Assembly: GCA_965197645.1 (NCBI GenBank)
Contig: OZ240219.1
Location: 1,088,001-1,152,000, forward strand
Reading direction: 5' to 3'
Source: Dehalococcoidia bacterium
GTDB lineage: Bacteria; Chloroflexota; Dehalococcoidia; Plut-88900
Length of the DNA: 64,000 bases
In this document: positions 52,401-64,000 of the stretch, one piece after another
How the letters are laid out: every line of letters begins with the position of its first letter
Position numbering within the stretch: the first letter of the stretch is position 1
The notes under the pieces: model-generated
Database searches by the model: none
Told to the model about the DNA's origin: nothing
The model's input: only the letters and a program-made list of their open reading frames with translations
Position numbers and translations under genes: made by a program

Positions 52401-53344
52401 GGGTCTCCCCGCACTATGGGCAAGGCTGCCTGTACCTGCTCTGGCGTGAGACCGGCGGCCCGCATGATCTCATGGCTGAGCCGCTTGTTCACCTTGTACC
52501 GGCCCACCCTGCCCAGATCGTACCGGCGGGGGTTGAAGAACAGGGCCGTCAGAAGGGACTCGGCGTTCTCCGCGGTGGGCGGCTCGCCGGGACGCAACCG
52601 GCGATACAGCTCTATCAGCGCCTCCTCACGGGTCTCGATGTTGCCGTCCTTTTCGATGGTGGAGGTGATGTAGGATACGTCGTCGGTGGGGTCTATGTCG
52701 CTGAAGAGCCTCAACAGCTCCTCGGTGCTGCTGTAGCCTATGCAGCGCAGCAGGGTGGTTACCGGAATCTTTCGTTTCCGGTCGACCTTCACCGAGATAA
52801 TGTTCTTGTTGCTGGTCTCGAACTCCAGCCAGGCGCCGCGGTTGGGAATCAGCTTGGCGAAACAGAGTGCCCGTCCGCTGGCGGGGTCCGACTCCCGGGT
52901 GAAGTAGACCCCCGGCGAACGGACCAGCTGGCTTACTACCACCCTTTCGGCGCCGTTGATGATGAAGGTGCCCTGGGCGGTCATCAGGGGAATATCGCCC
53001 ATGAAGAGGTCCTGCTCCTTTATCTCGCCGGTCTGCTTGATTACAAGCCTGACCTTGACGTATAGGGGAGAGGCGAAGGTCATGTCCCGTGCCCGGGACT
53101 CGGCCTCCGAGTACTTGGGCTCGTGGAAATTGAAGTCCTCGAAGTGGAGCTCGAAACGGCCGCCAGCGAAATCGGTTATGGGGGAGACCTCTCGAAACAG
53201 CTCTGCGAGGCCTTCCCGCTTGAACCAATCGTAGGAGTCCAACTGTATACGGATCAAGCTAGGTACTTCAAGTACCTCCGGTAGCCTGGCGAAGGACTTA
53301 CGATCTTGAAGAGATAGTTCGGGTAGGGGCAGGGTGGAAACCAT
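49490..53344 (-). CDS. rpoB: DNA-directed RNA polymerase beta subunit
   Basis: [39 protein letters not shown]. Confidence 0.99.
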   Translation of the reverse strand: MVSTLPLPELSLQDRKSFARLPEVLEVPSLIRIQLDSYDWFKREGLAELFREVSPITDFAGGRFELHFEDFNFHEPKYSEAESRARDMTFASPLYVKVRLVIKQTGEIKEQDLFMGDIPLMTAQGTFIINGAERVVVSQLVRSPGVYFTRESDPASGRALCFAKLIPNRGAWLEFETSNKNIISVKVDRKRKIPVTTLLRCIGYSSTEELLRLFSDIDPTDDVSYITSTIEKDGNIETREEALIELYRRLRPGEPPTAENAESLLTALFFNPRRYDLGRVGRYKVNKRLSHEIMRAAGLTPEQVQAALPIVRGDPTLNALRKVLPNAKADRLFEVFGNRALNNEDLLGIVRGVIQVNKGEDGVDDIDHLGNRRVKGVGELMQNQFRIGLLRMERVVRERMTLTEPETAVPSGLVNIRPIVASIKEFFGGSQLSQFMDQTNPLAELTHKRRLSALGPGGLSRERAGFDVRDVHHSHYGRICPIETPEGPNIGLLGSLATYSIINEYGFIETPYRRVIREIPNKSDALIGKKLVEPVQMGRRKPIGEADQVIDKPIFKRLAKLPDTEITVQPYVSDEIVYLAADEEETYTIAQANSRLDDQNHFISDKVEVRLGETLRVEDPENIDFMDVSPKQIVSVSTSLIPFLEHDDANRALMGSNMQRQAVPLLRAEAPLIGTGMESYVAKDSGQVCLSQVEGEVVAVSAEEITLAESNGKEHVYPLLKFVRSNQGTCINQRPIVQKGERVKPGQVLADSSSTDQGELALGQNVLCAFMSWEGYNYEDAVVISERVVKEDKFTSIHIEKHEVEARDTKLGAEEITRDIPNVGEESLKDLDEYGIIRIGAEVGPGDILVGKITPKGETELTAEEKLLRAIFGEKAREVKDTCLRVPHGEQGKVIDVKVLSRADKDELSPGVNQMVRVWVAQTRKIAEGDKMAGRHGNKGVIAVILPEEDMPFLPDGTPVDIVLNPIGVPSRMNLGQILETHLGLAAQTLGFKVTSPVFDGATDTTIEDSLSRVWLAQKAGVFNYSLDNEDRIQEQGKIVDWLAEQGFDGEKVMSDEHPGVAREACLRLWLEETGVGAEAKQAESNGDLEKLLREVVLDKDVAPPFFGKTTLRDGRSGESFNQPITVGPIYMMKLVHLVEDKIHARSTGPYSLITQQPLGGKAQFGGQRFGEMEVWALEAYSAAHNLQEMLTVKSDDVAGRVKTYESIVKGENVFQPGVPESFRVLQKELQSLGLSVELLNEEVEEEEGLEEEAPEQIEGDTPTLEGVSLGIEVDLSLDKLADS

Positions 53345-53475
53345 GCTGGGGCGATCCTCCTAAAAAGGAATACAAAAGCCGGAATGCAGGCAAATATCTA
53401 TAATGCCTTAGGTAGCTGAGGAAGTGCCGATGACTGGGGGCGCGACGTGCAACAGCATCATGCGTTCAAACGAAG

Positions 53476-53504
53476 ATTCTAACACTACCATAATATGCTG
53501 TCAA
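53476..53504 (-). promoter_or_regulatory. consensus sigma70 promoter of rpoBC
   Basis: TTGACA-N17-TAGAAT, about 130 nt upstream of the rpoB ATG. Confidence 0.8.
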
Positions 53505-53635
53505 CCTTTTTCGCACCAATTTCGTGAAATCCGTCCATTGTGCTTAGCTAGCTCGCAAGGGGGAGGCATGATGCAGCGTCGTTGCCCGTGCAAACGACCC
53601 TCTGCTAGAATTTCCAGCGCATACCGGTGCAGGCC

Positions 53636-54475
53636 ATGATCATCGATTTTCACACCCACATCTTTCCTCCTAACGTTCGGGACAACCGGGAGCGCTACCT
53701 GGCCACCGATAGCACCTTCGCCCATCTCTACTCCAATCCCAAGGCCCGCCTCATGACGGCGGAGGATCTGGTCGAGAGCATGGATGCCAACGGCATCGAC
53801 GTGGCGGTGACTCTGGGCATGGGCTGGAACGTGCACGAGTACTGCGTAGAGGCCAACGACTACATCCTCGAGTCGGCAGCTAAGTTCCCTGGCCGGCTGG
53901 TGCCCTTCTGCTGCGTCAACCCAACCCTCGGCATAAGGGCGGCGGAGGAGGTGGAGCGGTGCGCCGCCAAGGGGGTCAGGGGAATCGGCGAGGTACACTC
54001 CTACGCTCAGGGCTTCAAGCTGAACGACGTCGAGGTCATGGGACCCGTCATGAAGGTGGCGCAGCAACACGATCTGATCGTGCTGACCCATTCATCGGAG
54101 CCGGTGGGCCACGTGTACGCCGGCAAGGGCACCGTCACACCCGACGAGCTGTGCGGCTTCATCGAGAGCTTTCCCAAGGCTCGGATAGTCTGTGCCCACT
54201 GGGGAGGAGGACTCCCCTTCTACTCGCTGATGCCGGAGGTTAAGGAAGCGCTGGCCAACGTCTATTTCGATACGGCGGCATCTCCATTACTCTACTCCCC
54301 CGATGTGTTTCCCACCGTCGCCCAAGCGGTGGGTGCGGAGAAGATACTCTTCGGTACCGATTTTCCCATCATAAGCCACCGTCGACTGTTGAAACAGGTG
54401 GAGGAGCTGGGCTGGGAGGAATCCGCCAAGGCCAGGGTCCTTGGCGACAATGCCAGGGCGCTCCTCGCCCTGTGA
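53636..54475 (+). CDS. amidohydrolase_2 family metal-dependent hydrolase
   Basis: IDFHTH, GIGEVH, LTHSSEPVGH, AHWGGG, VYFDTAA, LFGTDFP. Confidence 0.9.
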   Translation: MIIDFHTHIFPPNVRDNRERYLATDSTFAHLYSNPKARLMTAEDLVESMDANGIDVAVTLGMGWNVHEYCVEANDYILESAAKFPGRLVPFCCVNPTLGIRAAEEVERCAAKGVRGIGEVHSYAQGFKLNDVEVMGPVMKVAQQHDLIVLTHSSEPVGHVYAGKGTVTPDELCGFIESFPKARIVCAHWGGGLPFYSLMPEVKEALANVYFDTAASPLLYSPDVFPTVAQAVGAEKILFGTDFPIISHRRLLKQVEELGWEESAKARVLGDNARALLAL

Positions 54476-54591
54476 CGCTCGGCGCAACGCCTCGTATAGA
54501 ATTGACGCTCCGGCACGACAATACTAAACTCGCGTCACCCCCCCCATCCATCCTCGCCGATAGCTTCATAACCTACTTTGGAGGTCAGCCA

Positions 54592-55275
54592 GTGCCTGAT
54601 GCCACATCTCGAGGGTTGCTAGGACTCAACAAGAACGACATTCTCTATAGCCAGGGCAGAACGATGGTCCAGGAAGAGGTGATCCCTCCCAAGGACAGCC
54701 GGGCGGTGGAGATGAAAAAGGGTCAGTTTCTCCGGCTTATCGACGTTGAGGGTAAACAGGTCAGCGATATGGCCATGTTCAACGGGGAGAACCACAAAGA
54801 GAGGTACGCCGCCTACTGGACCAAGACCCGCAACCACCCCAAGAAGATACCCGGTCGGGTCACCGTGGGCGATGTGCTCTACTCGTCGTTGAGCAGACCC
54901 TTGATGACGATAACCCAGGATACCCCCGTGCCCGGAGGCATCCACGATCTCCACGCCGGCATGTGCAATCTTCTCGGCTACGAAAAGTTCGGATGGGAAC
55001 CACCGAAAGACGGAGGTTGCTGGGAGCTGCTGTCCAGGGCGGTGAAGCCCTACAATATCGCTCCCGAAGAGGTGCCCCAGCCCTTCAACCCCTTCATGAA
55101 CACCTACTTCGATGAAGAGGGCGAAATGGTCATCGATGAACCCGTCAGCCGTCCCGGCGACTTCATAGAGCTGCGGGCCGAAATGGACCTTATCGTGGCC
55201 ATGACCGTGTGCCCCTTCCACGGCCCCTGCAACGGTTGGGTCATCACCCCGCTCAAGTTCGAGATATGGGAGTAG
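54592..55275 (+). CDS. DUF1989 / urea carboxylase-associated family protein
   Basis: DVEGKQVSD, HDLHAGMC, CWELL, PFNPFMN, SRPGDFIELRAEMDLIVAMTVCP, PCNG. GGAGG RBS before GTG 54592. Confidence 0.88.
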   Translation: MPDATSRGLLGLNKNDILYSQGRTMVQEEVIPPKDSRAVEMKKGQFLRLIDVEGKQVSDMAMFNGENHKERYAAYWTKTRNHPKKIPGRVTVGDVLYSSLSRPLMTITQDTPVPGGIHDLHAGMCNLLGYEKFGWEPPKDGGCWELLSRAVKPYNIAPEEVPQPFNPFMNTYFDEEGEMVIDEPVSRPGDFIELRAEMDLIVAMTVCPFHGPCNGWVITPLKFEIWE

Positions 55276-55814
55276 CCTCGGATACCTCCAGCGATGGTAC
55301 CGAAGCTGAGACGCTACCGGACCTGCTCAGGCCGGGGTTGACCCTGGTCTTTGTCGGGATAAACCCCAGCACCTACTCGGTCGAGAGGGGTCACTACTAC
55401 GCCAGGCCTGGCAACCTGTTCTGGCGGGCTTTGCAGGAGTCCGGAATCGTCGACTGCCCAGTCGGCCCGGAGGACGACTCCCGCTTGCTCGAGCTGGGCA
55501 TAGGGTTCACCGACATGGTTAAACGACCTACCCGCAGCGCCGGCGAAGTCGCCCCGGACGAGTTTACATACGGGGCCGTCGATCTCCTGGACAAGCTGGA
55601 GAAGCATCGCCCCAGGGTCTTATGTTTCAATGGGCTGACGGGGTACAGGAGCGGCTTCGATATCAAAGCAAATCCCGGCGCACAGGCCGGACTGATCTGC
55701 GGTGCTCAGGTGTTCGTGCTTCCCTCCACCAGCCGCAGAAATGCCCATTACCAGTGGCCGGAGATACTCGGTCTGTTCCGGGAGCTTAAAGCCTTCGTGG
55801 AATCCGGCGGATGA
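55266..55814 (+). CDS. mug: mismatch-specific uracil/thymine DNA glycosylase
   Basis: LPDLL, FVGINP, HYYARPGNLFW, GFTDMVKRPT, LPSTS. Exact start uncertain. Confidence 0.9.
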   Translation: MGVASDTSSDGTEAETLPDLLRPGLTLVFVGINPSTYSVERGHYYARPGNLFWRALQESGIVDCPVGPEDDSRLLELGIGFTDMVKRPTRSAGEVAPDEFTYGAVDLLDKLEKHRPRVLCFNGLTGYRSGFDIKANPGAQAGLICGAQVFVLPSTSRRNAHYQWPEILGLFRELKAFVESGG

Positions 55815-55815
55815 C

Positions 55816-56385
55816 ATGCTGCGCACCTTCGTAGCCATCGAGTTGCCGGGCCGGGTCCGGGAGGCGCTGGAGAGACACATACGCCGGCTCCGTCAGCAGC
55901 TTCCCGGTTCTTTCAGGTGGGTGAAGCCCGAATCGGTCCACTTGACGCTGAAGTTCCTGGGTGACATCGAGGAAGCGCAGGCGTCGGCCATAGCCGAAGC
56001 CTTGCGACGGTCCCTGGCAGGTCACCCGCAGTTCGACCTTCGCACGGGCAGGCTGGGCTGCTTCCCTAACGCCAAGAGGCCGCGGGTAGTGTGGATGGGC
56101 GTGGAAGGAGACCTGGACGCCCTCGCCGGTCTGCAGCTGAAGGTAGAAGAGGCCTGCACCGATCTGGGTTTCGAGAGGGAGAAACGCCGGTTCGTTCCCC
56201 ATCTCACCCTCGGCCGGGCATCGAGATCGGCGCCCGTGAGTCTGGATAAGGCCCCCGGGGAGTCGGAGCCGTTTACCGTGACCCGGATCAGCCTGATGAA
56301 GAGCGAGTTGACGCCCGGAGGAGCGGTCCACACCAGGCTGGACTCCTTCGAGCTGGTTCAGAACGCCCAGGAAATGGGGTCGTGA
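55816..56385 (+). CDS. thpR: RNA 2',3'-cyclic phosphodiesterase (2H)
   Basis: RTFVAI and two HxT motifs (HLTLKFLG, PHLTLGR). Confidence 0.93.
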   Translation: MLRTFVAIELPGRVREALERHIRRLRQQLPGSFRWVKPESVHLTLKFLGDIEEAQASAIAEALRRSLAGHPQFDLRTGRLGCFPNAKRPRVVWMGVEGDLDALAGLQLKVEEACTDLGFEREKRRFVPHLTLGRASRSAPVSLDKAPGESEPFTVTRISLMKSELTPGGAVHTRLDSFELVQNAQEMGS

Positions 56386-56389
56386 GCCC

Positions 56390-56419
56390 TTGACACAGTA
56401 TCGGCCCAGTTAATATACT
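56390..56419 (+). promoter_or_regulatory. promoter of the stand-alone 23S rRNA unit
   Basis: TTGACA-N18-TATACT directly after the thpR stop. boxA-like AGCACCTTAACAA near 56553. Confidence 0.7.
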
Positions 56420-56603
56420 AGTTTGCGTTTTAAAGCCTTAGAAGACACAGAGGTCGCTTGTCTCACTTAGCACAACTGCATTGGTGAACTGAGGCCCAGA
56501 GATGATTACTCGTTGACGGCTTGAGTAACATCAAGCCGTTTGTTTTCTAGGGAGCACCTTAACAACTGAATAGAGAAGAAGGTTCTGTCCGGTTCTTAAT
56601 GTA

Positions 56604-59680
<3,077 letters not shown>

Positions 59681-59791
59681 GCATTAAGATTCGTACAGAA
59701 CCCTTCTCTATTCAGCGTTCCCTGAGAAGGGCGCGTGTTAGGCCTTACCGGCGACGCGCTCTTTCGTTAGATAGTAGTAGGTAGTCCACGA

Positions 59792-59866
59792 CGCGGGGTG
59801 GAGCAGTGGCAGCTCGTCGGGCTCATAACCCGAAGGTCGGCGGTTCGAGTCCGCCCCCCGCTACCA
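59792..59866 (+). tRNA. tRNA-fMet (initiator, CAT)
   Basis: C1 unpaired with position 72, three G-C pairs closing the CTCATAA anticodon loop, GTTCGAGT T-loop, encoded CCA. Confidence 0.97.
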
Positions 59867-59875
59867 AGGCAGACC

Positions 59876-59917
59876 AAGGCCCCCGGGAGATCGTCTCTCC
59901 GGGGGCCTTTTCCTTTT
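59876..59917 (+). terminator. intrinsic terminator of the 23S-tRNA unit
   Basis: AAGGCCCCCGG...CCGGGGGCCTT stem followed by TTCCTTTT. Confidence 0.85.
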
Positions 59918-60055
59918 GTGACAACAATGCGATGTTTGGTCACAATGGCCCTGCCAGGTTCGGGGCTGGCCCGATCCCCCCCCTGTGGTATGGTCGAAAG
60001 TGGTTGTTTCAGCATGCCGTTAGTGCTTCCAATCGCCAAACGCTATAATCCCCAC

Positions 60056-60709
60056 ATGAACACCTCAAATCCCGATTCCGTCAAAAACCGGTACCGACTC
60101 CACGCCGCCGGATACGATAGGACCATGCGCTTCGCCGAGCGCATCCGCACCCAGGCCGTCCGTCGACTGGACCTTCAGCCCGGCGAGTCCGTCCTCGATA
60201 TCGGCTGCGGCACTGGCCTCAGCTTCGACATGATCCAGGAGGAGATCGGGCCCGAGGGCCGGCTCATCGGTGTAGACCTCAGCGCCGATATGCTGGAGAT
60301 CGCCAGGGACAAGGTGGACCAAAACGGTTGGACCAACGTGACGCTGATAGAAGGCGACGCCTTCGGCATAGATCTCCCAGAGCCGCCGGACGCCGTGCTG
60401 GCCTTCTTCGTGCCGGAGATAATGCTCTCGACTCCGACCATCGTCCGCACCCTCGATTCCCTGGCCCCGAACGGCCGGCTGGTCGCGGCGGGAGTCAAGC
60501 ACGCCCGCGGACCACTGGGACCCCTGTTCAATCTCTATTTCCAGGCGCGATTCCGCACTTGGAGATGGGTCGGCTTCCGGGGCGCGGCGAAGCGAATATT
60601 CGCCCGGGGGCAGCCGTACTCAGCGCTGGAGAGGGCCGTGGAAAGACTGGATCGGCGGGACTTTTTCTTGGGGTGTGCCTACGTCGCCCGAGCGGTGAAG
60701 CAGGAGTAG
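60056..60709 (+). CDS. class I SAM-dependent methyltransferase
   Basis: VLDIGCGTG, GVDLSADML, IEGDA. ATG 60056 lies 6 nt after TATAAT. Confidence 0.88.
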   Translation: MNTSNPDSVKNRYRLHAAGYDRTMRFAERIRTQAVRRLDLQPGESVLDIGCGTGLSFDMIQEEIGPEGRLIGVDLSADMLEIARDKVDQNGWTNVTLIEGDAFGIDLPEPPDAVLAFFVPEIMLSTPTIVRTLDSLAPNGRLVAAGVKHARGPLGPLFNLYFQARFRTWRWVGFRGAAKRIFARGQPYSALERAVERLDRRDFFLGCAYVARAVKQE

Positions 60710-60778
60710 CTGCCCTCCCACCGAAGGGCCTATCTACCAAGGATGGCCCGTGTGGGGGAGCGAAGATGAAAAGTCGAA

Positions 60779-60809
60779 GGGCGCCACGGGTATACCACCC
60801 GTGGCGCCC
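60779..60809 (-). terminator. 13-bp GC hairpin downstream of the SBP gene (duplicated at 63043-63078)
   Basis: GGGCGCCACGGGT/ACCCGTGGCGCCC, followed by a pyrimidine-rich tail on the minus strand. Confidence 0.7.
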
Positions 60810-60826
60810 CTCAGTTCCGGCCGATC

Positions 60827-62791
60827 TTACTGCCTGGCAGGGGCGTCTGCCGTGAACCAGGACTCCAGGAAAGTGTAGCCCTGGCCGGCCGAACCCTTCA
60901 TTCCGCCGGCGTTGATCAGGTAGTTGGGGTAAACGTTCTCGCTTATCCAATTGGGCATGGGCCACCAGTACAGCTTAACCGCAAAGAGCCTCTGGAGGTC
61001 CTCCACGGCCTGCCTCTTGGTCGCATCGTCTCTCGCCGCCAGTCCGGCCTCAATCAACGCGGTAAGCTCCGGATCGTCGACCCCCTGGAAGTTCAAGGTC
61101 GCGCCGGGATAGAAGGCGTTGTAGTAGAAGTCTACGGGATCCGGATAGGCCGCTGGGGTCCAATCGAAAGCCAGATCGCCTGGCCAGCTCGCAAAGTCGC
61201 TCCAGATCTGGTCGGACATCTCGGGGTAAGTTATAACCGAGAACTGGATGTCCAGTCCCAGCTCCGCCGCGTTGGACTGGAGCACCGAGGCGTTTTCCTC
61301 AAAGACGTTCTCCAGGCGGTGGAGGAACATCTCCACCTGGATCGCGTCCCCGATCTGGAATCCCTCTGGCGCCAGCCCCTCATCTATCAGCTCCTGCAAC
61401 CCCTCGTTGAACAGCGCCTTGGCCCCTGCGATGTCTACTGCGGGCTCGCCATTGGCATCCACCGGGAAATAGACTGCTCCTTCGCCCAACTCGTCCCGAG
61501 GAACGAACCAGGGATGGACGACTGCTATGTCTCTGGTCTCAACACTGGAGCCGCTGTACCACAGCTGAGGACTGCGGTCTACGATCATGTTTAACGCCTG
61601 CCGAACCTTCTGGCTCATGAAGGGGAAGACCTCCAGCTTCGGCACCAGGTATACCTCGGTGGTGAACTGCTCTACCACCGGGCGGTAGTCTGATATCAGT
61701 TCGGGACTATCCTGCAGTGCGTTGACACTCTCTGCGTCACCCGTCCACCAGCCCCAGTAATAGTAGGCCGGGCCCACGTCCAGCTCGCCGCCCCGGTACA
61801 GGGCCATCTTGGCCGCATCGTCGGCGACGAACAGCACTTCGATGTTGTCTATGTAGGGCAGGTTCTCACCGGTAATGCCGTTCGGGCCCCGCCAGTAGTC
61901 CGGGTTCCTCTCGTAGTACTGTCTAACGCCGAACTCGTGCTCCACCAGGGTCCACGGACCCGTTCCTATCACGGACTCCGGCGTCTCGAAGGTGCCGAAC
62001 TCCTCCAGCACCTCGGGCGCCTCTATGACGAAGTAGGTGTATGCGGCGTAGGGCAGCAGGCCGGACCAGGGCTGCTTGAGATTGTAAACCACGGTGTAAT
62101 TGTCCGGCGCTTCGATGCTCTCGATGAAGCCCAGTATGGCCGCGTGAGGCGAGCCCTCGGACATGTAGCGGCCGTAGGAGAACACCACGTCGTCGGCCAC
62201 CAGCTCCCGGCCGTTTACCGGAGGTATGTTCGGCCAGTGGATGCCCTGCCTCAGGTGGAAGGTGACGGTTAGCCCGTCTTCGCTTATCTCCCAGGACTCG
62301 GCCAGCTCAGGGTAAGGAGACAGGTCGGAGGAATCCAGAGGGTCGCAAACGTTGTAGGTGATCAGCTTGTTATGGGTAAAGCTCTTGGTGGCGGCGCCTT
62401 CCCAGGCGTTGTACTGGGAGGTATCGTAGGTTCCCGGATCGTAGCCGGTCAAAGTGAGGGTCCCACCATGCAGGGGCTCTGCGCCTTCCGGCGTGCACAC
62501 CGGGGGCAAGCCCCCCGCCTGTAGAACCAGATCTTCCTCTTCCAGAACAAAATCGGTTGCCTCTTCTTCGGCAACCGGCGCCTCCTCCTCCATCACCATA
62601 TCTTCCGCCGGCTCTTCCTCCATCACATCCTCTTCCATTACCTCCTCAACCGGCGTCTCCTCCGCCGCTTCCTCCATTACTTCGGGCTCTGTCGTAGGTT
62701 CTGTGGCTTCCTCGCCACAGGCCAGCGCCACCAAGGCAATAACTACGACTATGCTGGTGAGTAACCACAGTCGCCTGTTCAGTAGTTTCAT
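60827..62791 (-). CDS. ABC transporter family-5 solute-binding lipoprotein, highly acidic
   Basis: Lipobox VALAC, PELAESWEIS, FHLRQG, PPVNGRELVADDV, IGTGPW, ERNPDYW, LPYID. Confidence 0.92.
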   Translation of the reverse strand: MKLLNRRLWLLTSIVVVIALVALACGEEATEPTTEPEVMEEAAEETPVEEVMEEDVMEEEPAEDMVMEEEAPVAEEEATDFVLEEEDLVLQAGGLPPVCTPEGAEPLHGGTLTLTGYDPGTYDTSQYNAWEGAATKSFTHNKLITYNVCDPLDSSDLSPYPELAESWEISEDGLTVTFHLRQGIHWPNIPPVNGRELVADDVVFSYGRYMSEGSPHAAILGFIESIEAPDNYTVVYNLKQPWSGLLPYAAYTYFVIEAPEVLEEFGTFETPESVIGTGPWTLVEHEFGVRQYYERNPDYWRGPNGITGENLPYIDNIEVLFVADDAAKMALYRGGELDVGPAYYYWGWWTGDAESVNALQDSPELISDYRPVVEQFTTEVYLVPKLEVFPFMSQKVRQALNMIVDRSPQLWYSGSSVETRDIAVVHPWFVPRDELGEGAVYFPVDANGEPAVDIAGAKALFNEGLQELIDEGLAPEGFQIGDAIQVEMFLHRLENVFEENASVLQSNAAELGLDIQFSVITYPEMSDQIWSDFASWPGDLAFDWTPAAYPDPVDFYYNAFYPGATLNFQGVDDPELTALIEAGLAARDDATKRQAVEDLQRLFAVKLYWWPMPNWISENVYPNYLINAGGMKGSAGQGYTFLESWFTADAPARQ

Positions 62792-62975
62792 TCTCTAGCC
62801 TCCTGTGTGATCGTCCTCATTCCTCCACTACCCGCAGCTCTTGCCGCGGCAAGAGCCTCACAAAGTGAGACTTGCTTCTGACGGCGTTACTGCTACATTG
62901 GCCATCTCCTACCTGTCTTCGGTTAGCGGGATCGATAACAGCTTGGACAGGGGTTTCGTGGGGGCTGTTTGGGGC

Positions 62976-63004
62976 ATTTTCCTTCTTTGCTCATACCATG
63001 TCAA
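62976..63004 (-). promoter_or_regulatory. promoter with a ~180-nt structured leader for the SBP gene
   Basis: TTGACA-N17-GAAAAT. The leader contains a 20-bp perfect palindrome at 62837-62856. Confidence 0.5.
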
Positions 63005-63042
63005 CTTTGCTGGCCGGGTGCGGAAAACGAAGGTAAAAGGTA

Positions 63043-63078
63043 AGGGGCGCCACGGGTAGGTATACCCGTGGCGCCCCT
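63043..63078 (-). terminator. 16-bp GC hairpin terminator downstream of the second SBP gene
   Basis: AGGGGCGCCACGGGTA/TACCCGTGGCGCCCCT, followed by TACCTTTT on the minus strand. Confidence 0.75.
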
Positions 63079-63117
63079 CAGTTCCGGCCGTTCTTACAGC
63101 CTACCAGGAGCGAGTAT

Positions 63118-64000
63118 CTACTGCCTGGCAGGGGCGTCTGCCGTGAACCAGGACTCCAGGAAAGTGTAGCCCTGGCCGGCCGAACCTTTCATTCCGCCGA
63201 CGTTTAAGAGGTAGTCGGGGTAAACGTTCTCACTTATCCAGTTGGGCATCGGCCACCAGTACAGCTTGACCGCCGTGACCCGCTGGAGCTCCTCCACAAC
63301 CGCCCTCTTGGTTGCGTCGTCCCTGGATGCCAGGCCGGCCTCGATCAGCTCGGTAAGCTCCGGGTCGTCAATCCCCTGGAAGTTTAAGGTCGTGCCGGGG
63401 TAGAAGGAGTTGTAGTAGAAGTCTATGGGATCGGGAAAGGTCGCGGGGGTCCAGTCGAAGGCCAGATCGCCGGGCCAGCTCGCGAAGTCGCTCCAGATCT
63501 GGTCGGACATCTCGGGGTAGGTTACAACCGAGAACTGTATGTCCATTCCCAGCTCTGCCGCGTTCGCCTGGAATACCGCGGCGTTTTGCTCGAAGAACTC
63601 CTCCAGGCGGTGGAGGTACATGCTCAGCTCGATCCGGTCTCCCACCTGGAACCCTTCAGGAGCCAGCCCGTCATCTATCAGCTCCTGCAGGCCCTCGTTG
63701 AACAGCGCCTTGGCTCCTTCGATGTCTATGGTCCGGACGCCGTCCGCACCCACCGGAAAGTAGGCTGCGCCTTCGCCCAGCTCATCCAGAGGGACGAACC
63801 AGGGGTGGACGATTGCCATGTCCCTGGTCTCTACATTGGAGCCGCCATACCACAGCTGGGGACTATGGTCTACGACCATGTTTATCGCCTGCCGAACCTT
63901 CTGGTTCATGAAGGGAAAGACCTCCAGCTTTGGCACCAGGTATACCTCGGTGGTGAAGTTCTCCACCACGGGCCGGTAGTCCGCTATCAGATCGGGCCTG
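63118..64000 (-). CDS. family-5 solute-binding protein, near-identical paralog (5' part outside the window)
   Basis: C-terminal ~290 aa align without gaps to the 60827..62791 product, with the identical end GQGYTFLESWFTADAPARQ. Confidence 0.92.
   Translation of the reverse strand, partial: RPDLIADYRPVVENFTTEVYLVPKLEVFPFMNQKVRQAINMVVDHSPQLWYGGSNVETRDMAIVHPWFVPLDELGEGAAYFPVGADGVRTIDIEGAKALFNEGLQELIDDGLAPEGFQVGDRIELSMYLHRLEEFFEQNAAVFQANAAELGMDIQFSVVTYPEMSDQIWSDFASWPGDLAFDWTPATFPDPIDFYYNSFYPGTTLNFQGIDDPELTELIEAGLASRDDATKRAVVEELQRVTAVKLYWWPMPNWISENVYPDYLLNVGGMKGSAGQGYTFLESWFTADAPARQ

Noticed and set aside
54476-54591. Guanidine riboswitch expected upstream of DUF1989
   Set aside because: No ykkC-I core or paired ACGR-loop hairpins visible.
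59716-59791. Hairpin between 23S and tRNA as a possible 5S rRNA
   Set aside because: Too short, and it lacks 5S motifs such as CCGAAC and GATGGTA/AGTAG in the right context. Treated as spacer structure.
59860-60060. tRNA-fMet as an integration site for a genomic island
   Set aside because: No integrase, no duplicated tRNA 3' end seen downstream, and a normal terminator follows.

Overview
High-GC bacterial chromosome segment. The rpoB/rpoC sequences, an 11-subunit complex I, an unlinked 23S rRNA gene and paralog-expanded catabolic enzymes point to Chloroflexota, class Dehalococcoidia (SAR202-like); this placement is inference, not a database result. Layout: (1) 1-8.4 kb: acyl-CoA synthetase alpha/beta genes, an orphan MORC-like GHKL protein with substituted adenine-binding residues facing an orphan membrane protein, then a hydroxyacid dehydrogenase, amidase, aminotransferase and phosphoesterase. 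(2) 8.5-19.7 kb: a complete N-methylglutamate (NMG) methylamine-oxidation cluster (mgsABC, gmaS/glnT, sarcosine-oxidase-like delta-alpha-gamma-beta) with a closely spaced amidase and a structured switch-like leader before mgsC. (3) 19.7-29 kb: amidohydrolase, tandem acyl-CoA dehydrogenases, a nested REP-like repeat mosaic, a divergent M20 hydrolase, tcuA, mmsA and an S51 peptidase. (4) 29-53 kb, minus strand housekeeping: rpoB-rpoC-pyrD, pdxST, AAA-R3H, tmk, nuoABCDHIJKLMN (no nuoEFG). (5) 53.6-60.7 kb: amidohydrolase, DUF1989, mug, thpR, then a self-promoted ~3.08 kb 23S rRNA with expansion segments, followed by tRNA-fMet and no adjacent 16S or 5S. (6) Two near-identical, very acidic family-5 solute-binding lipoproteins. 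I saw no CRISPR array, integrase or transposase. All calls come from motif recognition and manual inspection.
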